Shown one piece after another: positions 1 through 12,149 of a DNA stretch of 64,000 nucleotides (the stretch's first letter is position 1; each line of letters starts with the position of its first letter). Source of the stretch: Octopus sinensis (Eukaryota); assembly GCF_006345805.1 (NCBI RefSeq), contig NC_043009.1, forward strand, positions 13,826,001 to 13,890,000, read 5' to 3'. The notes below the pieces were generated by a model. That model saw only the letters and a program-made list of their open reading frames with translations. It had not been told where the DNA came from and ran no database searches. The position numbers and the translations under genes were made by a program.

Positions 1-83
1 ATATATATGGCAAAAACTGTCCGATGAACGGCAACGGGAAACTCAGAGTAACAGGTTTTGTTGAATTTTCTGCTTCTTTAAAT

Positions 84-140
84 AAAGTATATATATACAT
101 ATATACATATATATATATATATAATATACATATATATATA

Positions 141-174
<34 letters not shown>

Positions 175-231
175 CTTATATATATATATATATATACATA
201 CATAATATATATCTTATACACATATATACAT

Positions 232-300
<69 letters not shown>
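84..300. repeat. (TA)n/(TACA) microsatellite
   Basis: Direct. Confidence 0.95.
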
Positions 301-304
<4 letters not shown>

Positions 305-589
305 TAATGCTTTTGAGTATAACACCTACGCAAATTCCATAAACAGACCTTTCAATAGAAATATTCTCCTGAATTGAACTGCAGCTGCTAGCCGTCACTG
401 ACCATTCAAAATACGACAATCAAGGCACTCCCAATTTTTCCACCCCTTCTCCTCATCAACCTTCTTTTTCTTCTACCCTACCAAGAATTCACAACGACCT
501 CGAACACACAAGTGCAAACAAGAGAGACAGAGAAAGGCAGAAACAAGGAAAATGCCACTTATATGTGAATACTATACGAATATTCCTTT

Positions 590-760
590 AAAAAAACTTT
601 TCTTTTAATTTTTCTAAATTTAATTATTAATCGTTACAGTTGAAAAGGTCTCAAAATGACCGAAATCGGTACTGAAATTTCTTTATAAAATTATTTTAGC
701 ATTTTCTATCTTGACTGGTTTTTTCATATATATCAACACGTGTGTTCCTTTTCACCCTTA
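590..760. repeat. Dispersed repeat, second copy at ~24240-24385, possibly Penelope-derived
   Basis: Shared gttgaaaa..cggtact..ataaaattattttagcattttct..tatcaac.cg.gtgttccttttca. Confidence 0.55.
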
Positions 761-775
761 TACATATATGTATAT

Positions 776-827
<52 letters not shown>

Positions 828-1431
828 ATATATATGATGTTGGCATTTTACTATACCCGGTGCAAATCATCATGATGCAAGTAACCCGTTTCCAGTATTC
901 CGATGTCTTCTTTTCTTCCATGTTAGCTTTTTGTCAGCTACAAATGTAATAAATTTTTACGCTCTCCAACGTCGTTAACTGTTCACCACAACTTCAAGCT
1001 GTTCCTAAAAAAAATTAAAGAGACATAAAAATCAGGTGGATTCTCTATACTTATTCCGGGATAGTCTCTTTTTAGAATGACATTACATATTATTTTTATG
1101 TATATATGTATGTGCGAACTACAGTCTATTCTTGAATATTTTACGTAATTTGACATTCAACCCTATAACCTCTTTTTCTAATTTCCGAAGTAGCTTCATA
1201 GTTCGTTTCCTTTATGTCCAGATTCTCAAGAATACTCTTGTAGCAGTCGTTCACATAAAAATACACTAATTACTACCTTTCTAAATGCAAAATCATGATC
1301 CTTGGTTGGTATCTCCAGATTTCTTATTAAATTCGACATGTATGTTTTATTTTTCTATTTATTTTAATTTTATTTTAACACCTGTTTCATGACTGGTTGC
1401 AACGAGGCGCTGATTACATCATCTGAACTTT

Positions 1432-1800
1432 TACGTCTCGTCGTCATTGGCTTCTCGTACTCCAGAATTTTTTTCTTTGTTGAACACTTTCTTTATGGTG
1501 ATGCCATTGGTGACTCTGTAGACCAATTCTTGCATAGATGAGTCGATGACATTGCCTGCATGGCAATGCTGGTGTGGGACGAGTTTGATTTTGTCGAAAC
1601 TTTCTCTCCTGTCCTTCATTTCTTCCTTTTCTCTTCTGGTGGCTTCGACATTTTTGGTTCCGATAGTGATGGAACACCGCCACTTAGTACGGTTTCGGAC
1701 TTGTGCTTCAATCAATCTAGGCTCAATTCTAGTAGCTTCCAGTGTTGCCTTGAGTTGGTCCTTGTATCTTCGTTGTAATCAATCATCAAATGGAAGTTAA
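1432..1800 (-). mobile_element. RTE-clade LINE 3' end
   Basis: RNRTKWRCSITIG..; CRQCHRLIYARIGLQSHQWHH, typical of the RTE C-terminal C2H2-like tail. Confidence 0.75.
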
Positions 1801-2221
1801 AATGACTTTAAAGTAAATAGCAGAATAAAGCATACGAAGATGGTGATTTTACATGTTAGACCTGTAGTAATCGGTGTATTTCTATGTGATCGACTGCCAA
1901 AACCGCAGTTTTGAGAATGTGGACATAAAGCATTAATAATTACGAAACTAATTCGGAAAGTACGTCTGAGATTTTGACATGGATATCCCATACATGCACC
2001 TTATTCTGTATGTATTTTGCCTCAGATCAGTGATTGCTTTAATATTTTGATCTTCAGGACAATACATTCTACGGATTGCATTGCGTAATGATTTGACATT
2101 TAGCCAAACAGGTCGATAGTAAATAATTACTTCTGCTTTAGGCTAGAAACTTTGAACGAAGACTTTGTTTAGCGGTAGGGACGTTTTCATTTTCTTAACG
2201 CGAATTTTTGTAGTATACATA

Positions 2222-2625
2222 TAGCATCCCCAAAGTCCATCCCCTCCTCACCGTGGTGGGGAAGCTGGCAACGGGTAGTGTCAGAGCTATGCCGTCGGGA
2301 ACTTCGGTTCCTGGTAGGGCCACCCAATGCGGATTGGTCTGACACCGAGTGGTATTAGGGCCACAACCCGGCAGACGGGGCTCTGGTGAAAATCCTCGGA
2401 GTGTCTGTTTCGGCAACCGGCGGCTGCTCGGCCGTTCTGTCCCTGCGTCTGCGGACAATCTGCGGCAAATAGGATGTCTCTACATGCGGAATTGTTGGGG
2501 ACCGCTTGTGAAATTCATATTCCCACGAAACGTCTTCCACTGCCATGGTTCGAGATGCCTCGAGGGTGGTGGAAGAAGCCGACTCAACTCGCCCAGGGTG
2601 AATGTCGCCACAAGTACAAGTACAT
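2222..2625 (+). mobile_element. RTE-BovB/Expander-like 5' leader remnant
   Basis: GC-rich island; ccgtggtgggg..gagctatgccgt..agggccacccaa..cgga..ggtc resembles the BovB/Expander 5' ends as I recall them. Confidence 0.6.
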
Positions 2626-5600
2626 ATAGCATATAATTGTCTTTTGTTTAATTTCTGATTTAATAGCAATGTGTCTCTATTACAAAAAGAACATCCTGTG
2701 TTCTGATAATACTGCATACTTTGAGTTGGTTTAACAAGCTGAAACTTCTTTACAATTTAACGCCTCAGTAACTGCATTTGCATTTCAATAGTTTTTAAGC
2801 GATTGATCTTATAGTCTGCTAAACTTTAGCCTGAAGATAGAGTCAAAATTAACATTATATGACACGGCAACACTTTGAGATAATCTTCAATCAATAGTAG
2901 CAGGTCTTTCCTGCAGGTTGCCTTATTCGTCCATCTGTTTGTAAATCGTGACTTTCAGGTGATATTAATTGAAAATATTAATGTGCTACCAATTACACTA
3001 ACATCCAGGTAAATGAACAAATTAGCATTCAATTTATCTTGACGAAGAGGACATGAAGTTGATTTATAAGAGCACAGCCATCATATTTCAAAACCTTTAT
3101 TTGAACACAGGATAATTTATTCCTTAACAGAGCCCATACTTTTTCGGTTTCGGTTCCATTACCTTGACACTGATCAAGAGACATGCTGTTTTTATTTTAT
3201 TATCTCTCATACTTTCAAAAACAACATGTTTAATGGCACAGTTGAATTCTTAAAGAGTAAATACTGTCACTTTGAAGGCTGACAGTTATATTTTCCATTG
3301 TAACAAAAGTTTTTTTTCTATCGTACGGAACTTTTCAGCGTAATGAATTGTAAGAAAGCTAAGCTGCTTTATTAATTATCTTTTTATTTTATGTTGAGTG
3401 CGGGTTACCTTCAAATGCAGTTATTGTGCATCATTTCTTCGTCAGCAACATATTTCAACGCTTTTTGTATTTCGTATACACCCAACTATCTTGTCAAGAA
3501 TCTTTTGTCTCGTTTTTTGTCGCCTGTTTCTGTTTATTTAGGTATCTTTGCAACATTAAACTACTTGTTGAACTCCACTGTCCTTCAATCTCCTTTCGGG
3601 CAATTTACTAAACATTACAATATATATACATTGATACAGAAGAGATTTGGTTGGGATGAAAGTACATCAGTCTTACGTCACTCCACTTTGCGCTTCACAG
3701 CTATGAACTGCATCTATTTATAAGGTAAATCATGTGAATACAATAATTTACTTTGTGGAATTGCAGAAACTCTAAACCCACATTTACACAACATTGCGTT
3801 TGCCCACCTCGTTTTCTCATGCTACTAGTTGAAGGAAAATGAAACCTGACTATGATCAATGCAAACGTTTCGACAAAAATAATTTTGGGTTTAGTAATAC
3901 ATACAACTGGGAAGTTAATTAGTAAAATAGCAGCAAAATATAAACGGTTTCTAAAGAGATTTTAATGTCTATAATCGAATGCAAAATTTTGTAAGTAGGT
4001 TCCCGAAAAAGGGAAAAAATCACTTCACTCTCGATTTGCTATGTTTAAATCCAGTGCTAAAAAAACACTAAAATCTTCGAAATAGATAAGAAAAGTACAT
4101 GATTATAATTATGTATATAATTATAGAATATTTGGTGTAATTCATCTAAAAAGGTTATTTTAACGTACTGACTACTTGGTTAAAATTATTAATTAATTAA
4201 TTTTACCCTTTATTATTATAATTAATAAAATTATAATTTACTCCCTGATCGAAACTGCAGTTTTCTGCGGGATTGATTGTAACACACAGGTGGGTATAAA
4301 GAATAAATATTATTCGCATTTGGCTGTATGTTTTTGGGAGTGCGGTTGAATATCAGTTATGCGATGACGCTTGATCGCGTACATATTTAATCCTAACACT
4401 CGCAAATTTATAAGTCTAAATACCACACTGAGGAGAAAAATAGGTAAATATAATTTACTTTAATTTCGAAACGCGTCTGTGGTTAATCGAAGTCGTATGG
4501 ATTCATAATTTTTTTCTTTACGTCAACATCAAAAAGTGTGTTACTGTCTCGGAGATATATATGGTAGCTGAAAAGACATTAGCGTCTATTTCTAATTCAG
4601 TGCGTGGCGAAGCAATTAGCTGACCCCTGATTATAATTATGTATATAATTATAGAATATTTTTCTAGATGTATAGATAGATGGAAAGTATAGAGGCATGT
4701 GATCGTTCTTTGCGTTAAAAAGAAACAATAGTGCAAAACTTGTTTCCTACAACTACACATTACGCCCAAAATGTTTTTCGTTTTAGTTTGAATGATACCA
4801 TGAGCTATTGTATTGTACACTTATAAGATCGATGCGTAACATACTATCACCTGATTCTATAGTTATAAAGGTAGCGTATATTATTAAAACAAAACAAGTA
4901 AAATTATAATGTTGTTGTGTAGCCGTCAATAACACGAATAGAATGGTGTCTTTGAGAATGCGTGGGCATGATTGTGGGTGTATTTTGTGTAGAATACAAA
5001 TGAAAACAGGGGTTTGAATAAAATAAGCTGTAAATTAAACTGTAGTACAAACATTAGCTGGTTGGATCTCTCATGCTTTTGAATTACCCAGCTTTCTGCG
5101 GGCTATGTGCTTTTGTTTGTATATAGAAACGCGTGCGCATGCACAGATATATATATGTAGAATGGAGTAGTATTTACGTATATGTGTGTTTCTGTGTGTG
5201 GAGGGTTGTATGCATATGTATGTGTGTGTGTACAAACATGTGATTGCAGATAGAAATACACACGCACACATACACACACGTATGAATATTTATGTGTGTG
5301 TGCGTGTGTGAATTGTATCTGCTTTTGGATGTAGGAAAAAATTTCAAAAAAGAGTAATTAAATATCCATTTCTGTATGTCAATAAAGCATTTGGTCTCCT
5401 GTCTTCAAATCTCTCCCACAAATACATCAGCTTCTTTATTCCTTTTCTCTTTATCATTTATTTTTCGTTTACCCTCCTTTGTCTTTCTGCCATCTCAATA
5501 TCTATTTTCCCCAAGACAAATCTATAAGGAATATGGAAAACCTATTAGAATTGTATTTATTAACATTGAGTTCGTTGTTCTGTTTTATATTTATGTTTCT

Positions 5601-6189
5601 TGATATATACATACATTTATATATATATATATATAAATATATATATATATGTTGCGAAATTTTCCTTTGGATGATACTTAACTCCGAACGTATGATATAT
5701 CTATTCAGCATGATTCTTTTGCATCATCTTCCCCTCAATCCTCATAGAACATACTCTACTATATACACAACTAAGCACAGATATACACATACGACCTTAA
5801 ATTCTAATATCGCCTCCGACACGCCAGATGCGTCTATCGTTACAGTGATGCGCACATAGATATCTACATATGACCACATCGTATACACACATACACTTAC
5901 TTACATATAAACATATGTGTATATATAACCAAACACGGGTTTTTCTTGGACTATTCGTTTCGTTCTCTCTGAAACTTTCCTCTTTCCTCTTTCCTACAAA
6001 GAACCATGCTCGAAACGTTACACACACACACTCTATTTTCCGACATAAACTCAGCGGTCACCTAATAGATGCAGTGTACATCCTTGTAAATTTTGTTGTT
6101 TTTGTTTTAATTTTTTTGTTTATTATCGATGTACATATATTTTACACACATACACATATGTACATATATAGACGCCATGATAGATTGTT

Positions 6190-6375
6190 AGCCACAACAC
6201 ACATTTTTTTCTCTCCTTGTTTATATCCTTGTTTTTTTCTGTGTTCCTTTCTGTAGAAGAGCGTAGGCTCGAAACGTAAAAGACTTTTTCTATTCCTGAG
6301 CGTTATATTAATACATGTTTGTTTTGTACACCACCTGTCTTCGTCTTTTGGTTTTTTTTTCGTAAACTATCCCTG
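6190..6375 (+). mobile_element. Penelope-like pseudo-LTR remnant with a minimal hammerhead-like motif
   Basis: ctgtagaagagcgtaggctcgaaacgta. Confidence 0.55.
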
Positions 6376-6495
6376 TACATATATACATGTATGTATATAT
6401 ATATAGTTAATCCAAACAAGAAAGCACAAAAAACACAACGCGAGGACGTGGACAAATATAATATTATTGGACGCTCAGGAAAGAAGGAAAGAATG

Positions 6496-6554
<59 letters not shown>

Positions 6555-7279
6555 TTGTGTATGTGTGAGTGTGTACCTGAGAGAGTTTGTGTGTATGTAT
6601 TATCTACATGTATGTATATGTGTCTTTGGTATAATTTTAAACTGCACCAGATAACTGGGTCCGAGTACGGAAGTTCGAAGGTTCTAAGGAGTGTGAAGAC
6701 ACCTCTAAGACACTATTGCCCCGCCTGTCGGTGTCGCAGTATGAGTTAATGACTATGTAAGTAGAGGTGGTCACTTTTGAACATGGGTATAAACTGCTCT
6801 GGAGCGAAACAAAAAGTGGCAACGTTGAAATCATGGGATGCAGCATGGGGATGTGGACTGTTTCGGCAGATGTGCTTATTGAGTCAATGACAAGTATCAC
6901 TGGATGCTGAGCGGATAAAAAGAAAATAAATAGTAAATGGCGAGATGATGGTGGTAGTGGTGGTGAAGATGAGGGTAATGGTGGTGGTGGTGGTGGTGGT
7001 GATGCCGCCTGCAATGAGATATCTACATAATTTTATGTTTACATCCCTAAAGAAGAAAAAGAATACACAAGAGATGTAATAGATCTGTTTTCATTTGCAA
7101 GTACAATGATTCACTCCTTAATAACTCGGAGTGTCAAGCAAGGCACTGGTTGAGAAAAACAAAGGGGTGCGATATAACAGCTACTAGTTTCTTGGTTAGT
7201 GGAGATCAGGTGACGAGGGGGGTGGCATTGTCCGTTCTTGACTTTGGTAGTAGGGAATAATTGATATGCGTGTTTATCT

Positions 7280-7286
7280 GTGTGTG

Positions 7287-7358
<72 letters not shown>
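7280..7358. repeat. (GT)n microsatellite
   Basis: Direct. Confidence 0.95.
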
Positions 7359-7360
<2 letters not shown>

Positions 7361-7555
7361 ACGCCTATGTGGAACAGGATCCGTTACTGGCATATCTCAC
7401 AGAGGCAGATACAGCTTCGCAAATGAATAGATGTAGTAGCTATTTTATTTTTGTTCCACGCACAGAATATATAAGTTACACCATGTATATTCATTTTATT
7501 GCGAATCTCATCGCACATACTAAAAGGTAAGCGTACGCACACTTACGTGCACCTA

Positions 7556-8249
7556 CGAGTGATATGCCATATAATACATGAATGCTTGGAAAATTGCTTC
7601 GTGGTGGTGCCAATAGTCTTCAACGTATGATTAGTTATTAAATAAACATTAATGAAAAAATAACAACGGTAACAACTATAATATTATCTATAATGATAAT
7701 AAGAAGGAGAGGAAGAAGGTAAGAAGGGGGAAGAGAATGGTGATGGTAATAATATAAATTATAATAATGGTTCCAAATTTTGCCCCACGTGGGACGCGAA
7801 TATGGGAGAGGAGATGAGTCGATTATATCAACCCTAATATTCCACTAGTACATAGTTTATTGACCCGAAAGGATTAAAGGTTAAGTCAGCCACGACGGAA
7901 TTTGAACTCGGAACATAAGGACGGACGAAATACTGCTAAGCATTTCGTCCGGTGTGCTAACGACCCTACTATCTCGCCGCCTTTCATCTCCTCTCCCATA
8001 TTCGCGTCCCCCGTGGGGCAAAATTTGGAACCATTATTATAATTTATATTATTACCATCACAATTCTCTTCCCCCTTCTTACCTTCTTCCTCTCCTTCTT
8101 CTTATTATCATTATAGATAATATTATAGTTGTTACCGTTGTTATTTTTTTCATTAATGTTTATTTAATAACTAATCATACGTTGAAGACTATTGGCACCA
8201 CCACGAAGCAATTTTCCAAGCATTCATGTATTATATGGCATATCACTCG
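7556..8249. repeat. Long near-perfect inverted repeat, arms 7556-7817 and 7984-8249
   Basis: Direct reverse-complement comparison; only a few differences. Confidence 0.95.
7768..7982 (-). mobile_element. tRNA-headed SINE family B
   Basis: Head aaggcggcgag..gagttcaaattcc; core ctttaatcctttcgggtcaataaa; (ATT) tail. Confidence 0.75.
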
Positions 8250-8580
8250 AGCATCATAGCCATGTGTTGAGAGTGATTCTTTGGGGTTTGAATAGTTCAC
8301 CTCTGGAAACATGGGTGGTTCTTTCAACATCCTTAAACAATCCTTATTCAGGGACCGTTTGAGCGGGATGGGCTATTCAACCTGAAGAAAATTCTAACTG
8401 GGCCCCACCTGCAAGGTCATGTGCTGTTTATCTTGATATGAGATCACCATGTCGCGCACATATGGTTGTGATGCATGTGCCTGGTGTACCTTTATCAGAC
8501 GGGTAGTCATGATGGGTATATCGGGCTTCGTATATTTTACCCCAGTGTCACTTTGATGGCATGAACTACTCTCTCACTCA
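8250..8580 (+). mobile_element. 5'-truncated copy of a ~520-bp TAA-associated non-coding element
   Basis: Matches 12350-12667; ends ctctcactc followed by (AAT)n. Confidence 0.8.
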
Positions 8581-8594
8581 ATAATAATAATAAT

Positions 8595-11500
8595 GTAGGC
8601 CCTATTTGGACGAGAACAAATTAGCAAATGTGAGGAGGGATATCCTTAGAAATAACAGACTCACAGACAGTGAAATAAGCGCGATCAAGCATGCAACGGA
8701 AAATGACATAAATATAAGACACAAAGGAAATGAAGAATCAGATGAACAGTATAGCCCGCCACGAGGCTTAATTGAAAGACTGCCATCTGACCAAAGTACG
8801 CAAAGGCCTGAAGATACAAGAAATTCTATTGTACCTGTTAAAGATAGCCAGGAAAACGAAAAAACAACAGTAACTGAAGATCTCGCATTTGCTGAAGAAC
8901 ACAGAGAGTCTATGGTAGAAATGAGGCAGACAATCCTGATTACGCTTGAAGTTGTAAGACATACAAGTATGAATGATAGAGAACCACTTCATAAACTCTC
9001 AAATACAAACCAAAATAAAAAACAAATCCAAATTGGCAACTATGTAACAAATGAAATAATACGAGAATTAAAACCTGATTTTACTGAGTTAAATGAAATT
9101 ATTTACGCTTCTGCTAGGGCAATTGAAACCAGCTGTATGTCCCCGAAAAAACAAAGAAAACAAAACCTGGGAAGAAATCAAACCTGGAGAAGTAAAATTG
9201 AAAAAGAGATTGAATTTATGAGAGGGGAAATATCAATATTAAATGAACTAATATGTGGAAATGATGTAAGATCCAGAACAGGAAGAAAGATGAAGAGAAA
9301 ATTTGGATCCTCACCAAGAGAAGAACTGATATCAATAAAAGAAACGCTGAAACAAAAAGTCCAAGCAAAAGCCCAAAGAATACGAAGATTTGAGAAGAGA
9401 AACAAGTTTTACAAGCAAAATAAGCTGTTCACATCCAATGCCAAAAAATTCTACAGAGAAATAGGGAAGGAGAAAGTAACCGTTAAAGACCCCCCTCCCA
9501 TGGAAGAAGTTCAAAACTTTTGGAAAAGGATTTGGAGTGACAAGAAGACGTACAACATAAATGCAGACTGGATTATACAAACTGAAGGATCCTACCAAAA
9601 TTTACAACAACAAGCATGGGAAGACATCACAATAGCAGACCTAAGAAAGGCACTCACGAAGGCCCATAATTGGAAATCCCCCGGTAAAGATAGGGTGCCG
9701 AATTTCTGGCTCGCATCGCTCCCATCGGCACACGGTAAGCTAGTTCAGCTGCTTAATGGAATTATGAGAGACCCAAAGAAAACACCTGAATGGTTAGCAA
9801 GTGGCATTACTTACCTACTCCCAAAGAATAACGAAACCAACCTTCCAAAAAACTATCGGCCTATAACCTGTCTATCCACCACGTATAAAATCCTAACATC
9901 TATCCTGGCGGAGAAAACATATGCATTCATGGAGAAGAACGATATTTTCCCCATTGAACAAAAAGGGTGCCGCCGAGGCTCTTACGGATGCAAAGATCAA
10001 CTGCTAATCAATCGTATGATCCTTGAGAACTGTCACAACAAGCGCAGAAATCTCAGCACCGCATGGATTGACTACAAAAAGGCCTTCGACAGTATACCGC
10101 ATCCATGGATCTTGAGATCACTGGACATCTTCAAAATTTCCCCTGTGATTTCAAACTTCCTGAAGCACAATATGTCGTTGTGGAATACGAATCTCCAATT
10201 ATACCACTCTAATGGAGTACTTGCCTCAGAAAATATAAACATCAACTGTGGAATTTTTCAAGGTGACTCACTTTCACCTTTAATATTCTGCATAGCCCTA
10301 ATACCCCTTACAAGTGAATTAAACAGAACAGGGTATGGGTATAAAATTGCCAATAAAAAAATAAGCCATCTATTTTATATGGATGACTTAAAACTTTATG
10401 GTAAAGACAATAATGAACTTGAAGGCCTATTGCACACCGTGAAAGCATTCAGCGATGACATCGGGATGGAGTTTGGACTTGAGAAGTGTGCCAAGGCCAC
10501 CTTTCCAGAAAGGGAAAGTGAAGACCACCAATTCAATCGTGTTAGATGTTGACACAGTTATAAGAGAGCTTGAGCAAGAACAAACATACAAATATTTAGG
10601 GATAAATGAAGGCTCTGGTATTCAGCATGCAAGCATGAAAGAGAGAATCAGGAAGGAATGTTATAGGAGAGTTCGTGCAGTCCTGAAATCTGAACTAAAT
10701 GCACGTAACAAGGTGTTAGCTATAAATTCCTTAGCAGTTCCAGTTGTTACTTATAGCTACAATGTGTTGAACTGGAATATGAGTGAAGTAAAGAATATAG
10801 ATAGAAAAATACGCAACGCCTTTACCTTCCCAGAGCCCAAGGAGGTCGAGGCCTGATCCAATTTGAACTAGCTTACAAAACAACCACAATTGGACTGGAC
10901 AAATATCTCGAAATATCGAATGACTGGATGCTAAAGCTCGTGGAAAATCACGAGAGACGAATGAAGCTTCATTCTATCATAAAGGAAAGCAAAAAATTTG
11001 CTATTGATCTCATGCAGGATACCCAAACTGAACAACCCGAGGGAAGTACGGCAACTATTGTTGCAAAGAAGGTGAAAATGATGGCAATGAAGAAAGCGCA
11101 CGAGCAATTGGCTGATAGGTGGGAGGAGAAACCTCTGCACGGCAAATATGTGACCCGCAGCAAAAAGCTGATCTTGACCAGAAGCAAACCCATCAGTGGC
11201 TACGGAGCTCAGGGCTAAAAGCAGAGAGCGAAGGTTTCATCCTGGCTGCTCAAGATCAAAGCCTATTAACCCGGAACTACCAGACCAATGTGATGAAAAA
11301 TGGAGCAGACCCAAAATGCCGATTCTGCAACGACATGATTGAAACAGTGGACCACCTAATCTCTGGATGTAAAGTCTTAGCACCAGTGGAGTATAAATTA
11401 AGACATGACAGAGTTGGTCAATATCTACACTGGCTAATAAGTCGGCATTACAATGTCAAAACTGCCGACAAGTGGTATAATCACCACCCTGAGGCTGTAA

Positions 11501-12044
11501 CTGAAGGAAAAAATGTAACCATTCTGTGGGACTTTCCAGTACATACAGACCGAACCATCAAGGCCAATAAACCAGATATTGTTGTGAAAGACCTAAACAA
11601 TAAAGTTTGCTTATTGATCGACATGAGCATCCCCTGTGATCATAATATCTCAGCGAAAGAGTTTGACAAGCTCAGAAAGTATAAAGACCTACTCATTGAA
11701 ATTGAGAAAATGTGGCGGTTACAATACCAGTGATCGTAGGAGCACTAGGAATGATCAAGAAGGGAACCGAAAATTATATGAGAATGATCCCTGGCTTACC
11801 ATCCCTGCAAGAAGTGCAAAAGATTGTCTTAACTGGTACATCACACGTATTGAGAAGAGCATTGTCGATGTGAGAACTGTTGCTGCTCATGTATTTTAAT
11901 TTAACTTTAAAAAAAAAAAAAATGAACGAACTACTGAGTTTGGTTTAATGGCCTACCAATGTATGCTATGAGTTTCTTTGCCCTAGGAGTCGGGAAGGCA
12001 CTCGGCAAGAAATGGAAGCAAATTTGAAAGAAGAAAAAAAAAAG
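8595..12044 (+). mobile_element. R4/Dong-like (RLE-type) non-LTR retrotransposon, 5'-truncated, disrupted single ORF
   Basis: RT motifs (QKGC, DYKKAFDSIPH, IFQGDSLSPL, YMDD), CCHC-type CRFC..HLISGC, RHD and RLE motif KPDIVVKD..LIDMSIPCD; flanked by (TAA)n on both sides; 3' UTR ends in an A-rich tail. Confidence 0.93.
8597..11873 (+). pseudogene. RT-zinc knuckle-RLE ORF of the R4/Dong-like element, broken by frameshifts
   Basis: ORF track pieces 8606-10552, 10455-10856, 10928-11218, 11119-11733; +1 base at ~10501-10505, ~44-nt deletion at ~10818, 1-nt deletion at ~11165 and 10-nt deletion at ~11714 relative to the copy at 50631; ends LRRALSM* at 11873. Confidence 0.9.
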
Positions 12045-12128
<84 letters not shown>

Positions 12129-12149
12129 CAATAATGATGGTGATGATGA

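Noticed and set aside
3391-3723. 110-aa ORF, or a hAT-like WSST..MLQRY on the minus strand
   Set aside because: The similarity is too short and the minus frames contain stops.
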